Shown here one piece after another: positions 11,956 through 24,204 of a stretch of DNA of 64,000 bases. Under the pieces are notes generated by a model that worked only from the letters and a program-made list of their open reading frames with translations, made no database searches and was not told the DNA's origin. The position numbers and the translations under genes are program-made. The stretch's first letter is position 1. Each line of letters starts with the position of its first letter. Source of the DNA: Oopsacas minuta (taxonomy: Eukaryota; Animalia; Porifera); the NCBI GenBank assembly GCA_024704765.1, contig JAKMXF010000320.1:301480-365479 (forward strand). Reading direction: 5' to 3'.

Positions 11956-12776
11956 ATTGAAGTAATCCATATTTATAACCAGTCAAATGTCTATGATTAC
12001 GATCTTTGCAATAGAACTAGTAGTTTTCGAGGTATCTATATTATTAAAACTCGATTGTTGGGTGTGTTTGTTTGTCAGTTATCAAGGAAATGATTTATGG
12101 AATGTTGTATTGATTCGAATTTCGTATAAATTGGCTACCATAACCTTGACGTAACTATAGGAGCTAGATCTTTTAAATTCAGAAACTGAGAAGGTATAGT
12201 AATATACAATTTACTAATGGTTAATGAGAGGCACGTGGCATCTCAGTGCCATCTCATAGCTCATCCAGGACAAAGAAGATAGGCAACCAAAAAGAAAAAC
12301 CAGAACCATTGGATTAAATGGAATCCATCCGTTGGTTAACTCGAACAGATTTTATTTCACCCTAAGGGTTCGAGTTACCGGATGTTGACTGTTGGTGGGT
12401 ACATGAGTTAGAAATTGCAAATTTACAGGATACGAACAAAACATATATTAGCCCATTAGAAAGCTAAACTGATATCAGCTATAAAGGCTGGGATATACAC
12501 CATTTTGGTGAATATCGGATAGCGCGCATTAAATTTGTTTACCAAAGGTGTGCGTTATCCGATTTCTACTGTATTTGTAGTTCATACATAATAATCGATC
12601 TATTCACGGTTAGCCTCCCCTGGTAACAATCCTATATGTTAGTTATATGATAAATATGATGGATATCTGATAATTAATAGATACAGAGTGATGGATGTAT
12701 TTTCGCTCTCAACCTTGTAGGTTATGCTCAAAATATTACAAATATATACAAATAAGCTTTACTTGATGAAGAACTG

Positions 12777-15239
12777 TTAGTTGACATCTTCATCAGAGGA
12801 AGTATCTTCAAAATTATTATGAGAGTGATAATACGAATAAGTGTATGCATGTGTGATATCAAACAGGTTAGTAAGGGCGTCTCCTAAACGTCTAGATTTC
12901 ATTTTCCTATTTGTTTGATTCTCCATTGTCCTACGCATAATCTGGTTAACCTTTAATTGATCTCTTAGCATATTTACGCATCCCATGCTAGAAGAGGAAT
13001 GGAGCAAAGATGCATAATGTGCATAACTAGTCATGCTCTTCCTTTTGTAGCTAATTGTACTGGAGGGTTTGTCGTAAGCTAAAGTCTTCCTTGAGTTGTT
13101 ACTAATATCATATCCCATACATTGGACATTAGTGATCAGGTTGAAATCTAACTGAAGCAAAATATTATTAACAATTTCCTTAATGAAATCTGTTACCATA
13201 GGACTATTAACAATATTATCTTCGATTAAAAAATCTTTACAATTATTAGGAGTTGGATGATCAATCTCCGATACTTCATTTACTCGAATTGTAAACAAAT
13301 TGGATGCAATGTCATCATCTGATTGACTATGGAAGGCTTGTAAATACTGCAATTGAATACTGTTATTATTTTGCTGAATTGCAATGTATTTACAGTCATC
13401 AACAATTTGTTCTAAAGAAAGAGATTGGCTACCATAAGGAGAATATATAACCCTCTCGGTCGATTGAATTAAGGATATCGGTGATTCCTCTGGATATTCT
13501 TTGAATAACAATTGTTTCTCATCTTTTGCACAAGAAACTGTATTGAGAATATGTTTATTATTACACTGATCCTTGTTAAACAAGTTTTCTTTCTCTAGGT
13601 ATTGATTAGGGCGTAGATTTGGTTCGAATAGAGAGTCATTAAAGGTAATATTCGGAGGAGAAGGAATTAATGATGTACGGGCATAATTGGAGTGCGAACC
13701 AGTCTTTGTTAAGTTTAAATAAGCAGAAGACAATTTTGTAGAGTAGGAATTTGACGAAAGGCTTGTTGAAGGCATATTTATTGTATAAGGCAATAATTCG
13801 TTGGAAAGAAGAGACACATTTGTATTTTTAGGACCCACAGTTGAAATTGTTGTAAGAGGGTTATTGGTAGGAAATTTGGGTTGGTGTATTGTTATATGAT
13901 CAGAATTAAGTATTGTCGTAGATTGCATCGGTTGATTACTGTTAATGATATCTGAAAGAGTACTATGGAGCATGTTCGATCTGCTAAGAGTATTTTGAGT
14001 ACGATTATTTTGCATCAATTGTACATCAGTCGTAGAATCATTATGGGTAGAATGAGGAGACCGATATTTAGTATTTGGAGATGCCTTAACAAGGACATCA
14101 TATGGTAACTTTGTTGTGAAGGCTTCTAAGAGGCATACATTACATTCTTGAAGGGAAGAAATATCCGATGGTTGAAGAACGGGAGAAATGATAGGTTCAA
14201 GATGTACTTTAGGAAAAAGACAAGGCTTGTATACGTTAGAAAAGGTATAAGCATCTGTACACTTATCATTTAAAATATTATATGGGATTTCAAGGTGCTG
14301 TGAACTATTTACTTGTTTTGATGGAGATATGCATATCCTAGAAGAATAGAATACATTCTTATAACGAAGCTCTCTAAAAGTTGAGAATCCTATTATAGAT
14401 AGTTCATTCGATGTGATATCCACCCTATGTTTCCTTTTGAAATAACCAATTTGATCATTATTCAGTAGAGAATCGTAATTGTTGGCTTTATTTATGCCCA
14501 TAACAAGACGCGATAAACAACGAGTCTTATAACCCTGGGGATGGATTTCAGGAATTGGGTGAAACGATATTGGAAAGCAATTGGCAGAATATTCTGAAGA
14601 ATTCGCAATTGGTATCATGTTTCGGATTGATGGAGAAAAACCATTCAACTCTGATAAATATTTATTAGTTCGAGGGTTGATTGATGGAATGGCGTTGTGG
14701 GTTTGAAATATATCATGAATTGGTTTTTTGAAATTAATTGGAGGGGCAGGAATAGAAAGAATATTTAGTTCGCTCTGTTTATGTGTGGGAAGTAGGATAT
14801 CAGCTTTAAGAGGTTCGATTCGTCGTAAGTACAATGAGTTTTCAATTAATAATTTTCGATTATTCTCAAATTTAGGAATGTAATCAAGGAAGCGATTTGT
14901 GGAATAGATAAAAGGTTTTGATTGTTTATGAGGTGACTGAGAGACTTTTGAATAAATGTGATGTCTATTCTTAGAATAGGAATGGTTAGAATCTACCAAA
15001 TAACAAATATTGTCTCGAGTATACTGATATGATTGAGGTTGATACATTTTGGGTAGAGAGCTCCAACGGCCTCTGACTTGCTCTCGATGGTCAAAGGATA
15101 ATGATAAGTTGACCCTGGGTAAATTAGTATAGAATATGTCCTTGTTAGAATTGCCTGGTGGGTTATTTCTAACAGTGCGGCATGGTGCAGAGGGACGGAA
15201 CTCCTGTGATTGAGGTGGGACTAAACGTAGAGACATCAT
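12777..15239 (-). CDS. Uncharacterised 820-aa Ser/Asn/Ile-rich protein
   Basis: An uninterrupted 2.46-kb ORF is very unlikely by chance in AT-rich DNA. No transposase or other domain motif recognised. Confidence 0.7.
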   Translation of the reverse strand: MMSLRLVPPQSQEFRPSAPCRTVRNNPPGNSNKDIFYTNLPRVNLSLSFDHREQVRGRWSSLPKMYQPQSYQYTRDNICYLVDSNHSYSKNRHHIYSKVSQSPHKQSKPFIYSTNRFLDYIPKFENNRKLLIENSLYLRRIEPLKADILLPTHKQSELNILSIPAPPINFKKPIHDIFQTHNAIPSINPRTNKYLSELNGFSPSIRNMIPIANSSEYSANCFPISFHPIPEIHPQGYKTRCLSRLVMGINKANNYDSLLNNDQIGYFKRKHRVDITSNELSIIGFSTFRELRYKNVFYSSRICISPSKQVNSSQHLEIPYNILNDKCTDAYTFSNVYKPCLFPKVHLEPIISPVLQPSDISSLQECNVCLLEAFTTKLPYDVLVKASPNTKYRSPHSTHNDSTTDVQLMQNNRTQNTLSRSNMLHSTLSDIINSNQPMQSTTILNSDHITIHQPKFPTNNPLTTISTVGPKNTNVSLLSNELLPYTINMPSTSLSSNSYSTKLSSAYLNLTKTGSHSNYARTSLIPSPPNITFNDSLFEPNLRPNQYLEKENLFNKDQCNNKHILNTVSCAKDEKQLLFKEYPEESPISLIQSTERVIYSPYGSQSLSLEQIVDDCKYIAIQQNNNSIQLQYLQAFHSQSDDDIASNLFTIRVNEVSEIDHPTPNNCKDFLIEDNIVNSPMVTDFIKEIVNNILLQLDFNLITNVQCMGYDISNNSRKTLAYDKPSSTISYKRKSMTSYAHYASLLHSSSSMGCVNMLRDQLKVNQIMRRTMENQTNRKMKSRRLGDALTNLFDITHAYTYSYYHSHNNFEDTSSDEDVN

Positions 15240-15954
15240 TCGAATTAGAGAATAACTGCTATATCAAATGTCAGAAAAGCTAAGGTAAGAACACAAATCG
15301 AACGAGGTGAGTAGAATAAAGGAAAATAATTGTCGGATGAACATTTGACTAGTCGATTTGCTATGAATTCCGCGGTTTATGCCTCAAATCATAACACGGA
15401 GTTATACAGGTTATTCGGGACATGTTCCTAGTGCTCCACATCAAAAATTTACATAGCCTAAATCAGTAAATTGGTGTTACGGATAGGGAAAGATACACAA
15501 GTGTGAAATTAGCAGACTATTCAACCATGTATATTTCCATTACTAATTTAATCCACTTCCACTTATCAGATTTTAACGAAATTAATCTCATTCAATAGAG
15601 GAGAGTTAAACGTTTTACACAATATGATTTTGTGTAAAAGTGTTTACTTTTTATAGGAGTTTTTTGATCAATTGTCTATGTATACGAATTCATTAAAATA
15701 CACCACCTAAAAGTTAGAATTCGATTTTGAAAATTCGTATACACATTTGTGCCAAAATATTGTTTATCTCAATTATATTTCATTAAAATATTGAAAACTG
15801 GCTGAGTTATGGCAATTCAATTTTGGTTGGTAGAGCACATTTAAATCTTTTAAAAATATTTCTGTATAGTAAACTCCCCAACACAAATTAATTGTTACGA
15901 TATATGCTTGATTTTCCTATCTGCAGGAACTTAAGAACGAGCTAACTTTATCAT

Positions 15955-16260
15955 GACAATTTTTTGATATTTGACAATCTATAGATCAATTCATATGCTC
16001 ACTTTGAAATGAAAGATGCATTATTTACCATACTACCAGGCATCAAAGAATAACATAATTTAACAAATAAATGCTTACTAGACACATTTTAACACTTCCT
16101 AGAATTTTAACATATAATGGTTGATAATATATTGTTCTACAAATATTTAATGCCTATATCCAGGCAAAAATGCACCGTTTCTGCAATATAGAATCTACAC
16201 GCAAATACCTTCACCTCCGACCGCATCTTTGGTCCAAAATTCACGAGAGGTTGACAGGCC
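15955..16260. repeat. One arm of the foldback family seen at 24205-25142; target of the Ginger-like insertion
   Basis: Direct similarity to 24820-25140 (GATCTATAGATCA...GGCATCAAAGAA...ATAAATGCTT...GGCAAAAATG). Confidence 0.7.
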
Positions 16261-17749
16261 TGTTGCATAGGATTTTGACCCGAAAGTAGCAATTCCAAAT
16301 CAAGTAATATCAACAATTCACCCTAGTCACATAGTATTTTCCGTATTTATACATGTGTTCCTATATGCACACGCTAACTTTTATTGTTTCTAGATTTCAG
16401 CATCAACACTTATATTGCTTTTGACATTTTTCATATGGATGCGACAGAATATGAAGCAATACGTGGATACCTAACTTGCCATGACTGTCATAATCTAGAT
16501 CCGAACTAGCCATGACTGTCAAACCTTTGCTGCTCTACCACAACGAGAACTTCAAACTATTTCTCCTCCTGAAGAACCATGGTATCATTGTGGGTTGATC
16601 TCATACTCAATATGTCTCACTATACTTGGATTTCAGCACATTCTTGTTATCGTGTGCTACCTGAGTAAATTTGTAATTGCCCACCAACTCAAGACAAAAA
16701 ACGTCTAAAGAAATATTGGATTGTTTACAAGAAATTTATCTCTCATTCGGCGTACCTAACATCTTCCAACATGATCAGGGAACAGAATTCTCAAGCATGG
16801 CAAATCATTCTTTCTGAACGATTTTGGACATTGGGATAGGACTCAACTACATAACAAATTCATTATGGTTATCTGTAGCAATCTAAAACATTCCCTTTCT
16901 GCGATCAACTGTATTTCTAAGCTATCAACTGTATTTCTAAGCTATAAATTCCATCGATGATATATGTGATTAATATTGAACATCAGATATAAATAGAACA
17001 ATATTATAGCTGCTCACTGTATCTAGTACTAATATGCACAACTTTCTATAGAGTATTGACTAGGATCAGGTTTAATTTATACTCAAACATACTACAATAC
17101 ACTAAAGACTAACTAATGCTTCTTGGATATTTGAAATTGGGGCTAGGTTTGTTGTTTCCTATGCACACTTCGATTTTTACTGTGCCGACTATACTTTAGA
17201 ATAGTAGCCCAGTATTGAAATGATTGCATATATTTTTCTCCGTGAAAGCCCTGTAGCCAAAACTGGATAGAATTTTGGTGATATATGGTGTGAGAAGGAT
17301 TGAAGATATTCGTCGGGTGTGCTTCTCCCCTTTGCTAATCAATCGGACACCAAGTGCCACTATTTCACACTGGTCAAATTTTTGTCTGGCCTCTAGCAAA
17401 AATTATGAAAGGAAAGGTGCCAAAATGTTCTCACCTTTCGAAAGAGAAAAAAATTCTACGCCTTTGTACTCTTCTAGAATTATTATATTGGTTATAGTTT
17501 TTATAGTTTTTTATTCCCGAATTTGACACTCTAGAATTTGTGCCGATCTAATCTCCTCCAGTATTCCCTTCTATTAATATTATTTATTCAAATGATAATT
17601 ACTGCCAACAATTGAACATTATATGGGCTGGATGATCATATTAATTTGTAAATAAATTGTTTGATGGATTTTATATCAGAGCGGAGCGAGGAAACAATAT
17701 AAAATTACAAACTGTGCCGACAGCTTCGTCTATTAAATAATTTTGTTTA

Positions 17750-19644
17750 AAAAGAATCCCGGAAATTTCGTCCCCTGAAATTTAGTTCCTGGATTTTTCG
17801 TCCCCTGAAATTTAGTTCCCGGATTTTTCCTCCCCAGGTGATTCCCTAACCCTTGTTATTCAGGTTATAGTCATGCATCTAGAGGATAAATATGGTTTAA
17901 TTAATTATTGAAATACGCATGTGAGGAATAATACAGTAGTCAAAACTCAAAATTGTATGCGATTCCCCTAAGATATGTTGGCTATATCCCAGTTCTCATA
18001 ATCTCCAACAAGTAACTGTATACGCTCATCTCGTTCAATGGACTTTTTGCTGCGTACTATTGTATCACCAGACTCCCACTTTATCAGTTTGGCCTCTTGT
18101 AGTTACTGTTCTCGTTGCAAAAATTTAAACAGCTTTGACACACTAGGGTGGGAACAACCAAAACTAGAATTAAATGCATTGTGTCACCCCTCAACTTCGT
18201 TATTAGTTCGTGGTAGTTGTTGACGTACCCTTTCGTACATGTTCCAGATTCTGATAGGAAAGGGCGGGATCCTTCTACTGTTATTAGGAAGTCTTTTTAC
18301 CAATATAGTTATCTTCAAAATAAGCAGCAACTCCTAGAGCAGATTCTGGATAATCTGCCATCAGAATATTGAAACAGTCCATCACATCTTGTTCTGGCAC
18401 AAAAGCAAGGCTGGGAAGCATCTTTTATTTCAGGAGAATTTCTCTATCTTCTTGATAGATTGTTGTTAACCCCTCTGATTGTATTATTCTATATATATTT
18501 TGGGAGAGATGAAAGAAGCACCCCGAAATTACAGCAAGAATTTTGTCCTCAAATACATTAATTACTGCTTTTTCGAAATCAGTCATTGTCGTGGAAGGGT
18601 CTAATTGTGGTTGTATTTCGAGGAGTTTAGAGAGAAGTCTGTTGTAAGTAGAACCAGCTTTACAGGTAGTAATGCATATATGCAAGGGTAGAAGAATCCA
18701 TCTCTCTCTGCATGAATGGTATACAACTGAAAAAAATATTCTGGTACTACCTTGAAAGTTCCATCAGCATACCAAGTTTCAGATTCTGAAAGAAGAGCAA
18801 AAAATTTTGGCTTAGCAAATATAATCATCCGATTGACGTCGCCAAAGCCAGAGTCGAAAAGTAAAATGGCTCCCCTTTAACCGTCACTTTGTATTTTTCC
18901 GCAATGATTATTTCAGCAGCACAGGTAGGATTCCCACAGTTTTCTTCAGATTTGCTTTTGTGTATACGGATGATCTCTTCACAAATTCCAATTTAGGGAG
19001 TTGTGCAATACTTGAAGATCCCATTTGCTCGATACCATGTGAGAGAATGACCCTTGTACTTTCTTCAGAATTTATTGAACGTTCTTTACTATATTATAAC
19101 CTCGAAGCATTTCGATTCGTACAGGGTTAGATTCATGCGCATGACTAGAATAAATGTCGTTTATCTGTGTCGGTTTGATAATTTCATCTTCTTTTGTGTG
19201 CATACGAGCTTTACACGTCACCCCATTTTCACATACCCACTGTTGTACTTCCAATGACGACTTTGTCAATGTATACACGAACCCTTGGAATGTAGCTTTA
19301 TCTTTCCCCTTATAGTTTTAACCAATTCAATTTTGAGTGGAGCAGCGGCCATTACAATGTTAAGTTTATGACAAGTGAATAATTCGTGGGACTCTGATTG
19401 ATCTTATTCTTAATATATGTATCCTTATATACCACGTGGAGTATTCACGGATTATTTACTTTTGCCAGACAGTGGTCAGGAAGTATACCTTTCAGACCTA
19501 CGATATGACTAGTGTAAATGATATACATCTATTGTATCTGCAAGACTAGTTTGGTTTCACTAAAGATACAGGAATTTAGTGTATCTAACTCATGGGATAT
19601 CCTGGGGGCGAAATTTCCAGGACGAAATTCCCGGGAAAATTTCC
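17750..19644 (-). mobile_element. Degenerate MULE (Mutator-like) element nested in Ginger intron 1
   Basis: Probable start at 19352 with a FLYWCH-like N-terminus (RGK...FVYT...WVCE...CKAR...HAH), then WYADGTFKVVPEYFFQLYTIH, TDFEKAVIN and GCFFHLSQNIYR. Imperfect TIRs built from GAAATTTCGTCC units; no TSD found. Confidence 0.85.
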
Positions 19645-21161
19645 ATTTACCGTATAAAAGTGGCACTATTAATTGGAGGCACTATGTATATTAGGATTAA
19701 ACCTGATCTTTCATAGTGCCACGTTTTAAATAAGGATTTACGAATTGATGCTAGTATTTTCGGATGTAAAATGTATTGAATTAATCGTTTTTTAGTCTTT
19801 CTAACTATTGTTATACAAGACTGAATACATTGCGCGTAGTAGATTGCTATTGTCCGGTTACTTACTTTTAAAATAGGAAATTCAAGAATTTCACAAGAAG
19901 ATAAATGTCATTACCAGTAGAACCATAGCATACTACCCACAAAGTAATGGACTTGTTGAGTCACACAACAAAATATTGAAAACGTGAGTATTGATGCTAA
20001 ATATATTAATTTTAAGCTCTTATAATAAATAAGTGGGTGATGATAATGTATACATAATAAACGTCATAAATACTTAGATAGCTTGAATCTATCCGACACT
20101 TTTTAAAAATAGAAAAATTAACAAGATGCAATCTGACGGGGGCACGGAATGGACAGGGAAATTACAGACAGCAGTACTTGCAGCAAATACTCAAACCAAA
20201 ATCTCACAAGCTAGACATCCTTTTATCTCGTGTTTGGGAGAGACTTTGATTCATCTACCCTTCTCAATCTTATCATGTCCCCAACTAACCCCGGATTATT
20301 AACCAAGATGCAGATTAATCACAACACATGAAATTATTCAAATGGATGCAAACTAACTATGCCCATTTGACTTTCCTATAATTGATAACGAATGGATAGA
20401 AAATCTTCCTTCAACACGTAGAGCTGCTAAGATGACTGCTATTGAAAGCATCAAGGCTGGTCAGAAAATTCAAAAGAAAACATATGACAGCATAGTTAAA
20501 CACAACAGGTAAGCAATAACGAAACACATTCTTGTTGTGATGTAACATGTTGGAATTTCATACATCATCTCTTACTAAATTCAATTAAATTCACTGACTG
20601 TTGTATAATCAGGTAAATATGAAATAGTCTTGAATCGGAACTAATTTATTGTTTCCTCAATTATATGAATTCTTAAATTCCAAAACACTTACTTTTAGTT
20701 ATAAAATTAGCAACATTACAACTGTACGTAATTGGCAGATTATAATTCTTTGTATAATCATTGTTTAAACTTTAGATCAGAATTTGTGGAAGGAGATGAA
20801 GTACTTGTACATAATATAAAGAAAGCCAAGCGACTCCCAGGAACAAAAGATGCAAGGAAATATTTGGGATCATATACGATAGAGAAAGTTAAACCAAGCC
20901 ACCTAGTTGCTCGCAAAGACCCAGATAATAAAACAACCAAATTACCTATCCATCTATCACGAAAATATCATTCTCGGATGAACGAAAAAAGGCAGGTTCG
21001 AACGAAGACCGGCATATCAAAGAAGTCTAAAAGATCTCGCAAATTCCCTTCTAGCGGTAAATATATTAGCGAGACAATATTGTACTGAACTATAACTAAT
21101 TGGCTCAGCCCATGATTACGGACATATAAAACTAGTTGTGTTCTGTATTGATTCAATAATA

Positions 21162-21229
21162 CAGTAAAACTCGAACAAGACGTACTAATTTCTGTTTCCT
21201 GAGGGGTACGTCTTATCCGAGTTCTACTG
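21162..21229. mobile_element. Minimal pogo/Tc1-type MITE in Ginger intron 4
   Basis: CAGTAAAACTCGAACAAGACGTAC ... GTACGTCTTATCCGAGTTCTACTG; same family as 37059-37241. Confidence 0.7.
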
Positions 21230-23877
21230 TGATAGCAATCCTACATTTCGCATATTTATTATGTATTTAGATTCTTTGGATGATATATTGAACCTGGATA
21301 CCATAGAAGAAACATTTGAAACACCGCAACAACACTCAATCTATGAAAATATCGACTCTGAGCTACCTCAATTGAAACCTCGAATACTATCAGCCCTTGT
21401 CAATAACATCTACTTAACCCAACTACATGAGAAACTCGCTACAAAAGCTGCATCTCTAACTTCATTGAATTTACTATATTCTTACCATCCACCCAACGAA
21501 CTAAATTTTGAGATTAGGGAGAAACTTGCTGTATCAGCCGGTAATTGGTACACAGAATATCGTTCCTCCTATCTTACTGAAATACCTGAGGAGACATGAA
21601 GAGATCTTGACTATCCAATTGCTGTTCTATTACCAGTAATAATTGAGTTAATATTCCCAACTGAGCAAGTTCATGAGATCATTTAAATACCAGAACAATC
21701 TATACAAAATGCATCAGATCTTGTCCCATGCCCCTAAATGGGGAGGAGAGTATAACAACATCGTGCAATCTAACACCTGTTCTATCACAATATATTGGCT
21801 ATTCTTAGTTCGAATAAAGCAACCATCATAGACTCACTGAAGTTAATCGGAAGTACACATATTGAAGCTGAATTCAACTACATATTCGAATTGGCTGCTA
21901 ATTGTGAATTTGAGAAACTTCGAGAATATGTTGCTACTAAAATTGGGCTTGAAGTTATTTATGGTTCCTCAGGATTGATACGGTCTTACGATTTCTTTGG
22001 ATCAGAGGGTAACATCATCAAATATTAACGAACCGAGGATTTGTGTCAGAACAAATAGTTCACTATCTTACAATGCCACCAATAAATTGGGACAGCTCCC
22101 ATGATTAGAAATATTGGTGCCATTATTACTAACCTGGAATCATCGGTTAACGTAAGTCTCGTTCCTATTAAATGTAAGTCTTGTGGATCAACTATTGCTG
22201 TCTTCTAGATGATATCTGGTCGATTCAACTCAATACCTATCTTGTTAACAATTTAAATCGGTCATCTACCTTAATTGCCAGACATTTTTGCGAGTGATAT
22301 TGACAAACACTTTATCATCAGCCACAACCAACGGACACTTCACTACCAACTTGCTGACTTTAGTATATTGAGTAAAAGACACTCTATTCAATCATATACT
22401 GAAACGGGCTATTCTATAAATATGACAGAATGAGAAAATCTTATCCAACTATGGAACTGTTACACTTTCATCGGATCTATCAATACTGAGACTATCTCTT
22501 GCACTCTTCTGACTAAATCTTGGCGATTTACGATGTAACACTTTTCCACCATTCGGAGCGTTCAAAGGCAAGGTACGTCGAACTTGCGTGGACCTCAACC
22601 CGAGGTTATTCAGGCAACGAAATCTCTATAATGGCGAGCTCAGATAATGTAAACGCGACCTGCAACAGCACATCCCCAGTGCCGCATATAATCACTCTAC
22701 TATCTCAAGTGTATTGCTAGGAAGGCAGCGCAACTGACGAATCTACGACTATACGAAATACAGCATTTAATCAGATACAAGCGAGTTTCTTATCTAATTT
22801 GTACTTTTATTGTTTCCTTATTTGTGCCCGGTCCCCCCTTACAGCCACCCCCTAACTCTAAATGTTAACCTCACCTTTTATATGTATAGTTGTAGATTTG
22901 CAGTATAGCAGCGAGTTTGCGTGCGAACACACGAAATCCGCTTCTACACTGCAACACATACGTATATGTACAATAAATCTTAATTTAACAGACGCCATAC
23001 AGTACAGACACGCGAAGAGCTAACGGACCCGGAAGATGAGACCACCGTAGCTGAATTGTTTTGTCTATAGAAATTGTAGTGATATTCATGAGTATGCAGG
23101 GCGCAAAAGGCTCATGGCTTCCACCTCAACACTCAATATTTATCAATATTCTACCAGGACTCCAGTAACAAATGCATAGCCTACGCGGGTGAATTTGATG
23201 AGCATCCCATTTAAGTGATATACTCCTTAAAGCTTGGTAGAAAGTATAGAGAAATGGACAAAGATGAAATCCCTTACAATTCGTATACAAGATCTCCCGA
23301 ATATTCATTATGATGCTAATGCTTTTGCATAATATTAGTTATTTAATAGAAAATATAACATATAGACTAACATGTTAAATTATTGAGATGCCTAAATATA
23401 GCTGAGCTATAGTATTGTACAGTTTTTTGCAATACAAAACTCCATATCCTTATTCGAAAAGATGACTTTCATTAATCCGAAAACAATGACCTTTCCTCGA
23501 AGATAGAAAAAGCTAATACACAAAAACAGTACTATAGTATAGCTGAGCTATATATAAGTTATTTGTAAATTATTTAAGTAGTTACCTATACAATTATCAA
23601 ATTCCTACTACCTTCGGTCCAAGTAATATTATTGTAAAATATTTATATACTGTCCGTTTTTGGCATATTGGATATTATAATACGTAGTTGGAACATATTT
23701 TACTTGCTATCAAAACATACTCATTACTGGAGTAATTCTTCTAGAGTCCAACTCTAGTTGACATATTTATTCAATTTTTACGTATAGTTAGTCTAAGTTG
23801 AATTACATTACGTAACGAAAAGTGTATGGAAATCAAATAAGTCTAAGGATAAATTAGTATCTAATTCATTACTTTTA

Positions 23878-24104
23878 GGGTCAAAGTCCGACGACAATAA
23901 TCATTATATGCTGGTCAAAATCCTACGACTATTATACATTATATGCGGGTCAAAATCTAACCACTATAATACCTTATATGCGGATCAAAATCCCACGACT
24001 ATAATACATTGCATACGGGTCAAAATCCAACGACTATAATACCTTATATGCGGGTCAAAATCCTACGATTATAATACATTTTGATGTGGATCAAATCCTA
24101 CGCA
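23878..24104 (+). repeat. Subterminal ~35-bp tandem array (about 6.5 units) of the Ginger-like element
   Basis: Consensus GGGTCAAAATCCTACGACTATAATACATTATATGC; each unit contains the TIR core. An inverted core copy lies at ~24116-24132. Confidence 0.85.
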
Positions 24105-24204
24105 TAGATTATATCGTAGGATTTGACTCGCACCATGGATATGCTATTAGGATTTTGTATTGCGGGTCAAAATCCTACGCAACAGGCTTTATATTAGAGT
24201 AGGC

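Larger units (their letters stand above)
16435..21599 (+). pseudogene. Spliced gypsy-type integrase/transposase of the Ginger-like element
   Basis: Exons ~16435-16799 (CHDC, PEEPW, FGVPNIFQHDQGTEFS), 19877-19983 (AYYPQSNGLVE), 20113-20508 (W..KLQTAVLAANT...PFYLVFGR), 20776-21056 (FVEGDEVLV...KYLGSYTI, GPY/F-like) and 21271 onward. Junction phases are compatible; the donors are GT except the first, which reads GC. Frameshifts and stops are present. Confidence 0.8.
16261..24184 (+). mobile_element. Ginger/Gin-like DNA transposon (integrase-type transposase, intron-containing)
   Basis: TIRs TGTTGCATAGGATTTTGACCCG / CGGGTCAAAATCCTACGCAACA (22 bp, one mismatch), 4-bp flanks GGCC / GGCT, a spliced integrase inside and subterminal repeats at the right end. 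Confidence 0.8.

Noticed and set aside
16473-16521. 18-bp direct repeat (AACT.GCCATGACTGTCA) in integrase exon 1, and a 20-bp tandem duplication at ~16905-16945
   Set aside because: Best explained as local duplication or deletion scars from decay, not functional sites.
16435-21088. Gypsy LTR retrotransposon interpretation of the integrase
   Set aside because: No gag, protease, RT, RNase H or LTRs were found; introns and TIRs fit a DNA transposon.
23878-24104. 35-bp repeat array resembling a CRISPR array
   Set aside because: The units are directly adjacent with no unique spacers, there are no cas genes, the context is eukaryotic, and the units match the neighbouring TIR.
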